DNA of 64,000 nucleotides from an uncultured Sphingobacteriaceae bacterium (GCA_964236465.1 CAXSBZ010000002.1:715-64714), one strand, 5' to 3'. Shown: positions 18,849 to 27,963, counted from the stretch's first letter. Translations and numbers: made by a program. The notes: generated by a model not told the origin, from the letters alone.

Positions 18849-19598
18849 ATGTTCTTCCTTTTATCCAAATTATTGATCTACTTTTTGTATCCGTTTTCCT
18901 GGGTGTTCGTGCTGATGCTCGTTGCTTTCTTTATCAAAAACAAAAAATACCGCCGCCGTTCTTTTACGGCAGCAATGGTGCTACTGATCATTTTTTCCAA
19001 TCCTTTTCTTTTAAATCAATTTGCCAAACATTGGGACGTTGCAACTAATCTTTCAAAAACAACAAAACCATATAGTTGTGCTTTGATTTTGGGTGGATAT
19101 ATTTCTGAAGATGAACACAAGAATGGTTACCTAAACTGGGCTGCGGATCGTTTTATACAAGGCATTAAACTGAAAGAAACCGGACAAGTAACGCATCTGC
19201 TTTTTACCGGTGGCAATGCAAGTTTAACACCTGATGGTTTTGCAGAAAGCAATTGGATCAGTGCAGAATTGCAAGCTTTTCATTTTCAGGATAGTACACT
19301 TTTGTTTGAAAAACGTTCCCGCAATACGATAGAAAACATCCAATTTTCAAAGCTGATTTTAACATCCAAACATTTGTCGCCGCCTTACTTGTTGGTCACT
19401 TCAGCTTTCCACATGCGCCGGGCTTTGCTGATTTGTAAAAAAGCAGGCTTAAAAGTAGTTCCTTATCCTTGCAATTTTTTTGCTGGTAAAGGAAGCATTT
19501 CTGTTGATAATTTTATTCCTTCTGCCGAAATGCTTTCCAATTGGAATATTTATTTAAAGGAAATTGTTGGTTATATAGTTACTTTTTTTAAAAGATAG
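18849..19598 (+). CDS. YdcF/ElyC-like DUF218 family protein
   Basis: 249 aa with an N-terminal TM segment. ALILGG, FTGG and LVTSAFHMRRA blocks are typical of DUF218. Confidence 0.75.
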   Translation: MFFLLSKLLIYFLYPFSWVFVLMLVAFFIKNKKYRRRSFTAAMVLLIIFSNPFLLNQFAKHWDVATNLSKTTKPYSCALILGGYISEDEHKNGYLNWAADRFIQGIKLKETGQVTHLLFTGGNASLTPDGFAESNWISAELQAFHFQDSTLLFEKRSRNTIENIQFSKLILTSKHLSPPYLLVTSAFHMRRALLICKKAGLKVVPYPCNFFAGKGSISVDNFIPSAEMLSNWNIYLKEIVGYIVTFFKR

Positions 19599-19888
19599 TA
19601 TAATGAAAATGTGTTGTAAAGTTTGATCCATTTCCGCAATGTTGTGAATCAGAAAAAAGCAAAATTGTATATTACTTTTCCGGGCCATCAATTTGCATCT
19701 TACAAAATCAATCTAATCCAAATCAAACAAGTTCAGCAAAAATTAAAAAACAATCATTTTGTATTAATTTCAACGCCGGAAGAATTTATGATGCCGGATA
19801 GTTTGATATTTGATAAGCCATATTACCTCACAAAAAAAGGTGTGGATCTGCTTACCGGACTTTTAATTAGAGATTTGAAAATTATAGT

Positions 19889-19978
19889 TGTCATTTTCGA
19901 CCGAAGGATGAAATTTTCATTTAAGCGATATATCTTGCAATATTTAATGAAGATTTCTCCCTTCGGGTCGAAATGACA
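19889..19978. repeat. family-2 inverted-repeat pair (GTCATTTTCGACCGAAGGATGAAATTTT ... AGATTTCTCCCTTCGGGTCGAAATGACA)
   Basis: Two ~27-nt arms in inverted orientation separated by ~34 nt. Same family as 4334, 42492/42555 and 58301/58390. Confidence 0.85.
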
Positions 19979-19992
19979 AAACCAGATTTCAG

Positions 19993-20016
19993 ATGCTTCT
20001 TTTATCTACCTAAAAT
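19993..20016 (+). repeat. family-1 repeat, full 24-nt form ATGCTTCTTTTATCTACCTAAAAT
   Basis: Exact 14-mer core plus the N4-CTAAAAT tail. It abuts the stop codon of the S53 peptidase gene at 20017. Confidence 0.9.
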
Positions 20017-21567
20017 TTAAGGCAATTTGGATAATACGCCCCAACCGGTGCAGGCATCCCAGCCTTTTCTGGCGGCATAACCGGTTTTGGTTTTGGTAGT
20101 TTTGTTATCGCCATCGGTAATATCCCGGCACAAACCCGGCGTAGCATACAATATTGGGTTGATAAAACCCGCAACCGCTCCTTTTTGCTGATTGATGAGC
20201 GCGAGCAAACCGGCCATCAGCGGTGCCACGGCGCTTGTGCCGCCAAATACAAGCTGCTGCCCATCTACCAAAACCTTGTAACCAGTGCTTGGATCGGCAT
20301 CCGCAGCCACATCCGGCACGCCCCGGCCTTTAAATTTAGTATTTAACGAAGCCGGCACATTTGCATTTGTCTGATAATCAGGAATGGGGAAGAAATCACT
20401 TACGCCGCCGCCCGTTGCCGAATCGCTAGCTGCGTGCCAAACGGTTTCGGAAGTGATTGCGCCGCTGCCATCCGTCAGCAATTTGGTGCCGCCGCAAGCC
20501 AGCGCGTACGGACTGGAAGACGGAAAATCCACATGTACTTTACCATCCGTTACGCCATCGCTGGAACCATTATCACCGGCAGCCACACAAATGGTAACGC
20601 CCAGCAAAGCTGCCGCCTTAAAAGCTTCATTGAAATTGGTTAATGCCTGCTGCGTCCAGTTTGCCTCCGCAGAACCCCAGCTGATAGAAATTACAGCAGG
20701 TTTGTTGGTGGTATCATGCACCGCTTGAGTGATGGCGTCCAGGAAACCCTGATCGGTATTTGGCGCAAAATAAACCACAATTTTAGCTTCCGGTGCCACA
20801 GCCCCCGCTACTTCAATATCCAGTAAAATTTCGCCGTCTGCACTGTTTGCCGTAGTTGGCGCGTTTTTGCCACCATCAATTGATACTGCTTTTACCACCG
20901 GTTTTTTGATGCCCAAACCTTTAAAATAGTTGGTCACATCAGCCGTTTTGTAGCCGCCGCCCAGTTCAATAATCCCGATACACTGGCCTTTTCCGGTTAC
21001 GCCGGTTGGGAAACCGTAAATTTTGGCCAGCTGATCGGCGGTGTAAGATACTGAAGCTGCATGACTTACAATTTTGGTATCCGGTTTGTAAACCTGAAAC
21101 ATGGGCCGCGCAGCCTGGCGTTCATCAAAACCAAAAATACCGGTGATGATATCTTTCAGGCTTTCGGGAACGTGGATTTCGCCGGTACGAACCCGGAAAG
21201 CCATTCCTGTTTCGCTTTTTGTTTCATGCAGATCAACGCCGAAAGCTTCCTCAAAATCGCTGATCTTTCCTTTCAAAACAACACTCCTTCGCGCTGAATC
21301 CACAGCAACCGTAGTCAGCTGATGATCGTGCGCATAAGCTTCCACCGCATCAGAATCCGCTTGCGAAGCACCAAATTCTTTTTCATAATCTTCGCGGCTG
21401 ATGCGTTCTCCGGCAGCCAATGCTTCATCCAAAGGTTTTTTCCTACGGATTTGGACCGTTACTTCTATAAACGTTTCCGGATTAACTTTTGTAAGTGTTG
21501 CGGAAGCCGGAGCCACGCGGCTGCTTCCTGTCAAAACCACTTTTTTCTGTGTTTTCATGCGGGTCAA
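20017..21567 (-). CDS. S53 family serine peptidase (sedolisin/kumamolisin-like) with pro-domain
   Basis: 516 aa. The N-terminal region resembles the pro-kumamolisin activation domain. ISISWG and GGTSAVAPLMAGL (catalytic Ser block) are present. Confidence 0.8.
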   Translation of the reverse strand: MTRMKTQKKVVLTGSSRVAPASATLTKVNPETFIEVTVQIRRKKPLDEALAAGERISREDYEKEFGASQADSDAVEAYAHDHQLTTVAVDSARRSVVLKGKISDFEEAFGVDLHETKSETGMAFRVRTGEIHVPESLKDIITGIFGFDERQAARPMFQVYKPDTKIVSHAASVSYTADQLAKIYGFPTGVTGKGQCIGIIELGGGYKTADVTNYFKGLGIKKPVVKAVSIDGGKNAPTTANSADGEILLDIEVAGAVAPEAKIVVYFAPNTDQGFLDAITQAVHDTTNKPAVISISWGSAEANWTQQALTNFNEAFKAAALLGVTICVAAGDNGSSDGVTDGKVHVDFPSSSPYALACGGTKLLTDGSGAITSETVWHAASDSATGGGVSDFFPIPDYQTNANVPASLNTKFKGRGVPDVAADADPSTGYKVLVDGQQLVFGGTSAVAPLMAGLLALINQQKGAVAGFINPILYATPGLCRDITDGDNKTTKTKTGYAARKGWDACTGWGVLSKLP

Positions 21568-21723
21568 TTTTTTTTAAAGATAAAGATTAAATTTAATTTT
21601 TACTAAAAAAATTAGCAAATTATTTTTTGTCATGCTGATTTTAAGCCGATAAAAACAGCATCTGCATAAAGCTATTTTTGAACGTAATTTTTGATTATTC
21701 CTGTATCTGCAATAAAATTAATT

Positions 21724-21782
21724 AAAAAAGAAAGCCGGATTTCCGCAGAACACAAATAAATACTTGTTCTGGAAAATCCGGC
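21724..21782 (-). terminator. putative intrinsic terminator of the DUF4142 gene
   Basis: Long imperfect hairpin GCCGGATTTCCGCAGAAC...GTTCTGGAAAATCCGGC, followed on the minus strand by TTTCTTTTTT. Confidence 0.5.
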
Positions 21783-21830
21783 CTGTGATAATTTAAGCGG
21801 ATACTGTTTTTATCGACCTAAAATTGGCGA

Positions 21831-22430
21831 CTACATTTTATCATTCTGCGCTGTATTTTTTTTGTTGAGGGAAGCGTTTAGAGTTTCCGCAGCGGATAAG
21901 TGCATTTTTAAAGTTGGCAAAGTTTTTACCGCAAAAGCTTTCAAAGCAGGATCTTTTAAAGTGGTGCTGGCTTTTTCAAAATCGGCCACATCTTTTTTGT
22001 GTGCGGCCACCATAATATCCATAAATTTCAAATCAAAACCGGCACTGTTTTTCAGGCTCATCGAATCCACGCGGTCCTGCATTTCTTTGCCCAAAGCTGG
22101 TGGCACGGCCAGTTTTTTACCATTGGCGATGCTTTTCAGTTCCGTATCTGCTTTTTGATGGTCTTTCACCATCATCGCCCCATATTCTTTTACTTTTTGG
22201 TTCAAGGCGTTGCGCTCTGCCAGCTGGCCCATTTGTACTTCCAGCATTCCGCCTTGCGTGGCATCGTTTACAAAACCGGCATCAGGCGTACTTACCTGCA
22301 AAATATCAGTGGTTTTGGTGGTATCAGCCAGGGCAACTTTTTGTGCGGCTTCTTTTTTGGCATCACTTTGTCCGCAGGAAACCACGAACAAGGAAGCAGC
22401 AATCAACAGGTAATGGTTGTATTTTTTCAT
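21831..22430 (-). CDS. DUF4142 domain-containing lipoprotein
   Basis: 199 aa with a lipobox (VVSCG). Two ferritin-like-fold repeats carry GGMLEVQMGQLA and MMVKDHQKA blocks typical of DUF4142. Confidence 0.75.
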   Translation of the reverse strand: MKKYNHYLLIAASLFVVSCGQSDAKKEAAQKVALADTTKTTDILQVSTPDAGFVNDATQGGMLEVQMGQLAERNALNQKVKEYGAMMVKDHQKADTELKSIANGKKLAVPPALGKEMQDRVDSMSLKNSAGFDLKFMDIMVAAHKKDVADFEKASTTLKDPALKAFAVKTLPTLKMHLSAAETLNASLNKKNTAQNDKM

Positions 22431-22490
22431 AACGTTTTTTATCGGATTAAAAACTTATTAACTCCGTGGAAAATGAATTGTTTTGGAAAG

Positions 22491-22578
22491 AAGGCTTTCA
22501 GCAATCAGCTTTCAGTCGTCAGCTAATTGCAAGTGCAAATGCCTGAAAGCTGAAGGCTGATTGCCGACAGCTAAAAGC
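22491..22578. repeat. family-4 inverted repeat (..CAGCAATCAGCTTTCAG.. / ..CTGAAGGCTGATTGCCG..)
   Basis: Imperfect inverted arms immediately upstream of rnpB. A related single arm lies at 50002-50028 (AAGGCTTTTAGCGATCAGCTGTCAGCT). Confidence 0.6.
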
Positions 22579-22596
22579 TTATTGCTATCTTCGCCC

Positions 22597-22981
22597 CAAG
22601 CAAAACGTTCTGCCGCTCCGCAAGGTTTTCCTTTCGGGGAGGAAAGTCCGGGCAGCGTAGGGCATCCTGCTTCCTAACGGGAAGGCGCCATCGCCGGATG
22701 GGCGACAGCAAGTGCCACAGAAAATAAACCGCCCGGAGTAATTTGGGTAAGGGTGAAAACGTGCGGTAAGAGCGCACGGCCTGGCATGGCAACATGCCTT
22801 GCGGTAAACCTCAGGAGCTGAAAGGCCAAATAGGTTCCGGCAACCGCAGGAAGCGGCCCGCTTTCGTTGCCACGCAACGCCGGAACGGGTAGGCTGATGG
22901 AGGTGATGGGCGATCATCACCCAAGATAAATGGCAGAAACCCGGGCAACCGGGCACAGAACCCGGCTTACAGGTTTGCTAT
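22597..22981 (+). ncRNA. rnpB: RNase P RNA, bacterial type A
   Basis: GGAGGAAAGTCCGGGC at about 22638, GTGCCACAGAAA, and ACAGAACCCGGCTTAC at about 22955. 5' AGCAAA and 3' TTTGCT can pair as P1. Ends are approximate (+/-5 nt). Confidence 0.9.
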
Positions 22982-22997
22982 TCGGTTTTTTTTATTT

Positions 22998-23035
22998 AAA
23001 CCCTTTTCCGATAAGCGGAGAAGGGTTTGTCTTTT
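22998..23035 (+). terminator. putative terminator after rnpB
   Basis: AAACCCTTTTCC-N7-GGAGAAGGGTTT hairpin (one mismatch) followed by GTCTTTT. Confidence 0.5.
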
Positions 23036-23096
23036 CGAGGGCAAAACCTATCTTAGCAGCAAAAATCACCATACTCCTTTTAAGCAATAAAAATTA

Positions 23097-24479
23097 ATGT
23101 CGAAAATTCTGATTATAGATGATGAGCGTGCTATACGAAGTACCCTGCGGGAGATTTTGGAGTACGAAGATTATCAGGTAGATGATGCCGATAACGGTGC
23201 CGAGGGATTGAGCCTGATTAAAAGAGGAAGCTATGATTTGGTGCTTTGCGACATCAAAATGAACCGTATGGACGGCTTGGAGGTGCTGACCGATAGTTTG
23301 ACGTATAAACCTGATCTGCCTTTCATCATGATTTCGGGGCACGGAACGGTAGAAACGGCAGTGGAAGCGAGCCGGAAAGGTGCGTTTGATTTCATCAGCA
23401 AACCACCGGATTTGAACCGCTTGCTGATTACGGTTCGCAACGCTTTAGACCGCGGCTCGCTGGTTTCTGAAACCAAAGTTTTAAAGAAAAAAGCGTCTAA
23501 AACGCGTGAAATTTTGGGCGAATCACAAGCCATTGGAAAAATTAAAGAAACGATAGATCGCGTGGCACCAACGGAAGCACGCGTGCTGGTAACCGGTGCT
23601 AACGGAAGTGGAAAAGAATTAGTGGCACGCTGGCTGCACGAAAAATCCCACCGTGCCAATGCTGCTTTAATCGAGGTAAATTGTGCCGCTATCCCTTCAG
23701 AACTAATTGAAAGTGAATTGTTTGGCCATGAAAAAGGTTCTTTCACTTCCGCAGTAAAACAACGCATCGGCAAGTTTGAATCTGCCAGCGGCGGCACTTT
23801 ATTTTTGGATGAGATTGGCGATATGAGCCTTTCTGCCCAAGCCAAAGTGCTGCGTGCTTTGCAAGAAAATAAGATTGCCCGCGTAGGCGGCGAAAAGGAA
23901 ATTGATGTGGATGTGCGCGTGATTGCGGCCACTAACAAAGATTTGCAAAAAGAGATTGAAGCCGGCAATTTCCGGATGGATTTGTACCACAGGCTGAGCG
24001 TGATCCTGATCCACGTGCCGCCGCTTTGTGATCGCCGCGACGATATTCCGCTGCTGACGAAAAGTTTTTTGGAAGAGATTTGTACCGATTACGGAATGCC
24101 GGTAAAAAAAATATCCGAAGCCGGAATGGAAGCCTTGAAAGCATTGCCCTGGAGCGGTAATATCCGCGAGCTGCGCAACATGATTGAGCGGCTGATTATT
24201 TTGAGCGATAAAATAATTACGGACGCCGATGTGAAAGCTTTTGCCAATCCCACTGCGGCGGTTGCAATACTTACAGAAATAGCTGACAACCATCAGCCAG
24301 ACTTTGATAATTTTAAAAATTTCCAGGAATACAAGGATTTTGCAGAGCGCGAATACATCAAATTTAAGCTCGAAAAAAACGGCTGGAACGTATCCAAAAC
24401 TGCGGACGACATCGACATCCAACGCAGCCACTTGTATAGCAAAATTGAAAAGTTTGGATTGAAGCGCGGCGAAAATTAG
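23097..24479 (+). CDS. sigma-54-dependent response regulator (NtrC family: REC + AAA+ + Fis-type HTH)
   Basis: 460 aa. REC domain (DDERAIR...LVLCDIKM), Walker A GANGSGKE, Walker B LFLDEIGD, ELFGHEKGSFTSA (a GAFTGA variant) and a C-terminal HTH (NVSKTADDIDIQRSHLYSKIEKFGL). Confidence 0.9.
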   Translation: MSKILIIDDERAIRSTLREILEYEDYQVDDADNGAEGLSLIKRGSYDLVLCDIKMNRMDGLEVLTDSLTYKPDLPFIMISGHGTVETAVEASRKGAFDFISKPPDLNRLLITVRNALDRGSLVSETKVLKKKASKTREILGESQAIGKIKETIDRVAPTEARVLVTGANGSGKELVARWLHEKSHRANAALIEVNCAAIPSELIESELFGHEKGSFTSAVKQRIGKFESASGGTLFLDEIGDMSLSAQAKVLRALQENKIARVGGEKEIDVDVRVIAATNKDLQKEIEAGNFRMDLYHRLSVILIHVPPLCDRRDDIPLLTKSFLEEICTDYGMPVKKISEAGMEALKALPWSGNIRELRNMIERLIILSDKIITDADVKAFANPTAAVAILTEIADNHQPDFDNFKNFQEYKDFAEREYIKFKLEKNGWNVSKTADDIDIQRSHLYSKIEKFGLKRGEN

Positions 24480-24540
24480 ATCGAATTAAATGCTTCTTTT
24501 ATGCCCTAATTTTCAAAATCAAACAAAATATTAAACATCA

Positions 24541-24576
24541 AAAAAGCCGTTTTACTTGCAAGTAAAACGGCTTTTT
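24541..24576. terminator. bidirectional intrinsic terminator between convergent genes
   Basis: AGCCGTTTTACTTGCAAGTAAAACGGCT perfect hairpin flanked by an A-run and a T-run. Confidence 0.65.
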
Positions 24577-24593
24577 AATTGAACTGAACTTGG

Positions 24594-25043
24594 CTAAACT
24601 TCTTTCAAAAATTCTTTGGAACAAAAGCCTTCAACACCCTCATCAGTTTTGATATAATACCAATCATTGTACATCTTTTTGATCAGTTGCACGGTTGAAT
24701 TGTGTGCTGCTTTTCCGGCAATACTAAAATCAGTTCCCGGCCCGATACGGATATTTAAGTTGGAATCTTGCGTGGCAACTTGCATCTTAATATCCTGATC
24801 TGTCAAATCTTCAACCTCCAGCAAATTGATCACAGCAGTTACGCCTGGTGCTGCTTTCAAAGCAGCTTCAGCTTTGTCGGCATCTTCAGAACCGGAAACT
24901 TGGCCCGAAATAGTCAGCGTTCCGTTTGTGTTAGAAACTTTTAAATCCGGTATTGTAATGCCTGCATTTTGCAAGATTGTTGTATAATCATTCACCTGTT
25001 GCTGATTTACAACAGCTTTGTTTACTTCATCAAATAATCCCAT
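24594..25043 (-). CDS. BON domain plus SH3b-like domain protein
   Basis: 149 aa. The GTLTISGQV...AEAALKAAPGVTAVINLLEV pattern is BON-like. The C-terminal NIRIGPGTDF...WYYIKTD...GFC pattern is bacterial SH3-like. Confidence 0.6.
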   Translation of the reverse strand: MGLFDEVNKAVVNQQQVNDYTTILQNAGITIPDLKVSNTNGTLTISGQVSGSEDADKAEAALKAAPGVTAVINLLEVEDLTDQDIKMQVATQDSNLNIRIGPGTDFSIAGKAAHNSTVQLIKKMYNDWYYIKTDEGVEGFCSKEFLKEV

Positions 25044-25055
25044 TTTGTTTATTGT

Positions 25056-25442
25056 TTAATTGTTAGTTGTAGTTGTACAAGTTAGCGTATTGCCGCTATT
25101 TTTCAACACTAATTTTGTATCCGATAGATCATCAATTGTATAAACTTGATTGGTTTTTCCGGCTGAGGATATGGTTGACAAATTTTTGTTGTCTTTATCC
25201 AAAGTATAAGTTCCCTGATCCACACCAATCCCGCCGGCCATATTGTAATGTCCGTCGGTAGTAAAAATCAGTTGCGAACCGTTTAGCATTTTTGTTTTGA
25301 GTGTATCAGGCAATCTTACAGCCGTTTTAATATCGCTTACCTGCCACGTTTTGGCCAATAGTTTGTTTGCATTTTGTTTGCAAGCAATCAGTAGCAAACT
25401 AAATAGGATGATTGCAGCAAAGCTTTGTTTAATTTTTTTCAT
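25056..25442 (-). CDS. hypothetical lipoprotein (lipocalin-like size)
   Basis: Start chosen at MKKIKQSFAAIILFSLLLIAC (lipobox). No recognisable family. Confidence 0.5.
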   Translation of the reverse strand: MKKIKQSFAAIILFSLLLIACKQNANKLLAKTWQVSDIKTAVRLPDTLKTKMLNGSQLIFTTDGHYNMAGGIGVDQGTYTLDKDNKNLSTISSAGKTNQVYTIDDLSDTKLVLKNSGNTLTCTTTTNN

Positions 25443-25677
25443 GTTAAAGATATTAAGTTTCAAAACAAACGTGATTGGCCTGCCCTTGTTTGGAAAAACC
25501 TTGGGCACAATATAAACCATTGAAGATCAATATTTTTTAAAATTATTATTTAACCGGAGAAAAAATCAAAAACCGGATGCTTCTTTTAACACATAAAAAT
25601 CAGGATGATGAAATTTTATGTTGAAAATTTTTAGCTTTATCCGCTACTGAAATACAAATTTAAAAAAACCTTATTTT

Positions 25678-26034
25678 ATGTTTATGCACTTTATTATTGA
25701 ATTATTGGTGAATGCGGGCATGATCCTTTTGCTGTCGCATTTTTTGCCAACCATCATCATCCGCAATTTCGGAACCGCTATTTTGGTTGCTTTGGTCATT
25801 GGTTTGCTCAATGCCACTATCGGTGCCATCATCCGCTTTCCTTTAAATATTCTTACACTTGGCTTGCTATCTTTTGTCATCCGGTTAGTGGTTACGGCAA
25901 TTGTGGTTAAGATAGCGGACATTATATTCAGCGGTTTTGAAATTAAAGGTTTTACGCCAGCCTTAATTTTAGCTTTTGCTTTGGCTATTGATGGCAGCTT
26001 TTTATCTTTTGCTTTGCAGCACCAGGTTAGATAA
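25678..26034 (+). CDS. phage-holin-4_2 / YvlD-like small membrane protein
   Basis: 118 aa with four predicted TM helices. The sequence pattern resembles the widespread YvlD family. There is no phage context. Confidence 0.6.
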   Translation: MFMHFIIELLVNAGMILLLSHFLPTIIIRNFGTAILVALVIGLLNATIGAIIRFPLNILTLGLLSFVIRLVVTAIVVKIADIIFSGFEIKGFTPALILAFALAIDGSFLSFALQHQVR

Positions 26035-26142
26035 TTGCTGATGATTGATCCTTATATCTGCTAAAATCATTTTTTGATCTATAAAGATAAAACACATATT
26101 TAATCCTGCTTGTAGTATCTTTTTAAATCAACTATAAATAAA

Positions 26143-26544
26143 ATGGATCTAAATTTAGAACAGGCAGAAGCGGTATCAACGGCTGCCAAACAAAAAGCAA
26201 AAGAAATTGGCGTACCCATGAACATTGCCATTGTGGATGGCGGTGCCAATTTAAAAGCCTTCCACCGCATGGATAATGCCTGGCTAGGTTCAGCAGATAT
26301 TTCGATCAAGAAAGCCAAAACAGCCCGTTTTTTTGATATGGAATCCGGTGCCATCGGCCAGCTTTCGCAACCCGGCGGTCCGTTGTATCAAATTGAAGTA
26401 TCTAATGGCGGCTTAATTTCTTTTCCCGGCGGCATCCCGATTAAAAACAGCAACGGCGAAATCGTGGGTGCCATTGGTGTTTCCGGCGGATCAGTGGAGC
26501 AAGACCGTGAAGTGGCGCAAGCTGGCGTGGCGGCTTTTAAGTAA
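26143..26544 (+). CDS. GlcG/HbpS-like haem-binding protein (DUF336)
   Basis: 133 aa with [29 protein letters not shown] and [13 protein letters not shown] blocks. Confidence 0.8.
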   Translation: MDLNLEQAEAVSTAAKQKAKEIGVPMNIAIVDGGANLKAFHRMDNAWLGSADISIKKAKTARFFDMESGAIGQLSQPGGPLYQIEVSNGGLISFPGGIPIKNSNGEIVGAIGVSGGSVEQDREVAQAGVAAFK

Positions 26545-26587
26545 GATTTTAGTACGATAAAAGAAGCATTATGCAATATTGATAATT

Positions 26588-26617
26588 AAGCCGGAGGTTT
26601 TCTTCCGGCTTTTTTTG
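26588..26617 (+). terminator. putative intrinsic terminator
   Basis: AGCCGGA..TCCGGCT hairpin followed by TTTTTT. It is flanked by family-1 repeat copies at 26546-26569 and 26628-26652. Confidence 0.6.
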
Positions 26618-26752
26618 TGAAAGATGAATGCTTCTTTTATGGGGGTAAAAAAAGCATAGCTTAAAAACAGACAAGCTTATCTTATCAATTTAAAACATCC
26701 TCCTAATTTAATACAGATTGATTTGTTAGCTTGCATTAAATTTCAAATCATT

Positions 26753-27787
26753 ATGAAACAATTTAAAAAAGTTTTGGCATTGGCTTGCATCATTAATGCA
26801 ACGTTAGTTCGGCCTTTTCCTGCTTCGGCACAGCAAAAAACCGGTTTCCATGTACTTAAAGATATTAAAATTGCAAGTCCGGGCGGTTGGGATTACATCA
26901 CTGTTGATGGTGCCGACAAAAAAATATATGCCTCGCATGGCACACAAGTTAATATTTTAAGTACCGCTGGCGATTCTATCGGCGTGATCAGCAATACCAA
27001 CGGTGTGCATGGCATTGCGCTGGCCAAACCTTTTGGCAAGGGTTATACCAGCAATGGCCGGGACAATAGTTGCACTGCTTTCGATTTAAAAACCAATAAA
27101 ACTTTAACAACTATACCTGTCGGCACAAACCCGGATGCTATTTTTTATGACAGTTTCTCTAAAAAAGTATATACTTTTAATGGCCGCAGCCAGGATGCAA
27201 CGGTGATTGACCCGGCTACGGATAAAGTTGTGGCCACGATACCGCTGGGCGCCAAACCGGAAACCGGCGTATCGGACGGGAAAGGCAAAATATTTGTGAA
27301 TGCAGAAACCACCAACGAAATGGTGGTGATTGATGCAAATACCTACAAAGTTTTAAACCGTTACAAAATTGAAGGCGGCGAAGAACCAACCGGATTGGAT
27401 ATTGACCGTGCTACCGGCCGTTTGTTTATTGGCTGCGGCGGCAACAAAACGATGGTGGTAATGGACGCTGCAAATGGTAAAAACTTAGCCCATTTTCCGA
27501 TTGGAAATTGCGATGGCGTAGCGTTTGACCCGCAATTGAAACAAGCTTATTGTTCTAACGGCAATGGCACGATGTCGGTAATTAAAGAAGTGAACGCCGA
27601 TCAGTTTGTATTTGTAGAAGACGTGCCAACCGAACTGGGTGCGCGCACGATCGGCATTGATTTGACAACCCATCATTTGTTTTTGCCAACAGCACAAATG
27701 GAAGCCGTGGCACCAACTGCCGAAAATGCACATCCAAGGCCAAAAATGATCCCCGGAACTTTCCATGTGGTGGAAGTTGGAAAGTAA
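26753..27787 (+). CDS. YncE/YVTN-type beta-propeller repeat protein, secreted
   Basis: Start at MKQFKKVLALACI (signal peptide). Repeated blocks of about 40 aa (for example 'V.VID..T.KV...I.') are typical of YVTN propellers. Confidence 0.65.
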   Translation: MKQFKKVLALACIINATLVRPFPASAQQKTGFHVLKDIKIASPGGWDYITVDGADKKIYASHGTQVNILSTAGDSIGVISNTNGVHGIALAKPFGKGYTSNGRDNSCTAFDLKTNKTLTTIPVGTNPDAIFYDSFSKKVYTFNGRSQDATVIDPATDKVVATIPLGAKPETGVSDGKGKIFVNAETTNEMVVIDANTYKVLNRYKIEGGEEPTGLDIDRATGRLFIGCGGNKTMVVMDAANGKNLAHFPIGNCDGVAFDPQLKQAYCSNGNGTMSVIKEVNADQFVFVEDVPTELGARTIGIDLTTHHLFLPTAQMEAVAPTAENAHPRPKMIPGTFHVVEVGK

Positions 27788-27811
27788 ATGCTTCTTTTAT
27801 CGGGTAAAAAT
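27788..27811 (+). repeat. family-1 repeat ATGCTTCTTTTATCGGGTAAAAAT
   Basis: Exact 14-mer core starting immediately after the TAA stop at 27785-27787. Confidence 0.9.
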
Positions 27812-27818
27812 TGGTATT

Positions 27819-27847
27819 GAAGCCGGGAATGTTTTTCCGGCTTTTTT
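27819..27847 (+). terminator. putative intrinsic terminator
   Basis: AAGCCGGGAA-N5-TTTCCGGCTT hairpin followed by TTTTT. Confidence 0.6.
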
Positions 27848-27963
27848 GTAAGGAAATTTTTTAGGTTTAGAAATTTTATAGTAGTGTTAAATTTACTGCT
27901 TGTTAAATTGATATGTTAGCTAATTACTTCTATAGTAAAACAACTATTTGGTAGATTTGAAGA

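Noticed and set aside
19623-19976. 117-aa ORF downstream of the DUF218 gene. The 92-aa ORF at 4327-4605 is a similar case.
   Set aside because: The 3' portion of the 117-aa ORF is translated family-2 hairpin repeat (peptides like ISPFGSK), and its composition is atypical. ORF 4327-4605 starts in the repeat and runs antisense into the GH39 gene.
19993-20013. The family-1 repeat read as a 6-codon mini-ORF: ATG CTT CTT TTA TCN NNN TAA (M-L-L-L-S-x-stop). More than a dozen intergenic copies can be read this way, which suggests a leader peptide or micropeptide.
   Set aside because: Many copies replace ATG with ATA or AAG (16247, 21801, 31406, 58451). Several have N3 or other spacing that removes the stop. 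There is no synonymous variation pattern. Copies occur in both orientations relative to neighbouring genes and inside ORFs. The conservation is therefore at the DNA level rather than the peptide level.
22571-22956. ORF-track entries on the minus strand (74, 123 and 67 aa) between DUF4142 and the sigma-54 regulator.
   Set aside because: They lie entirely within the RNase P RNA gene on the opposite strand and are Arg/Pro/Cys-rich, so they are spurious.
23231-23968. Long antisense ORFs opposite well-supported genes: 23231-23968 and 23799-24431 (ntrC-like), 33075-33815 (Y-family polymerase), 35827-36441 (helicase), 55513-56178 (etfA), 21999-22526 (DUF4142), and 13258-13806 and 14674-15189 (adhesin).
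   Set aside because: Each fully overlaps a CDS with strong motif support on the other strand and has low-complexity or Arg/Ser-rich composition with no recognisable motifs. These are typical shadow ORFs.
25678-26034. The 'phage holin family' membrane protein as evidence for a prophage.
   Set aside because: No capsid, tail, integrase, lysin or att-like features are nearby. This YvlD-like family is widespread in non-phage contexts.
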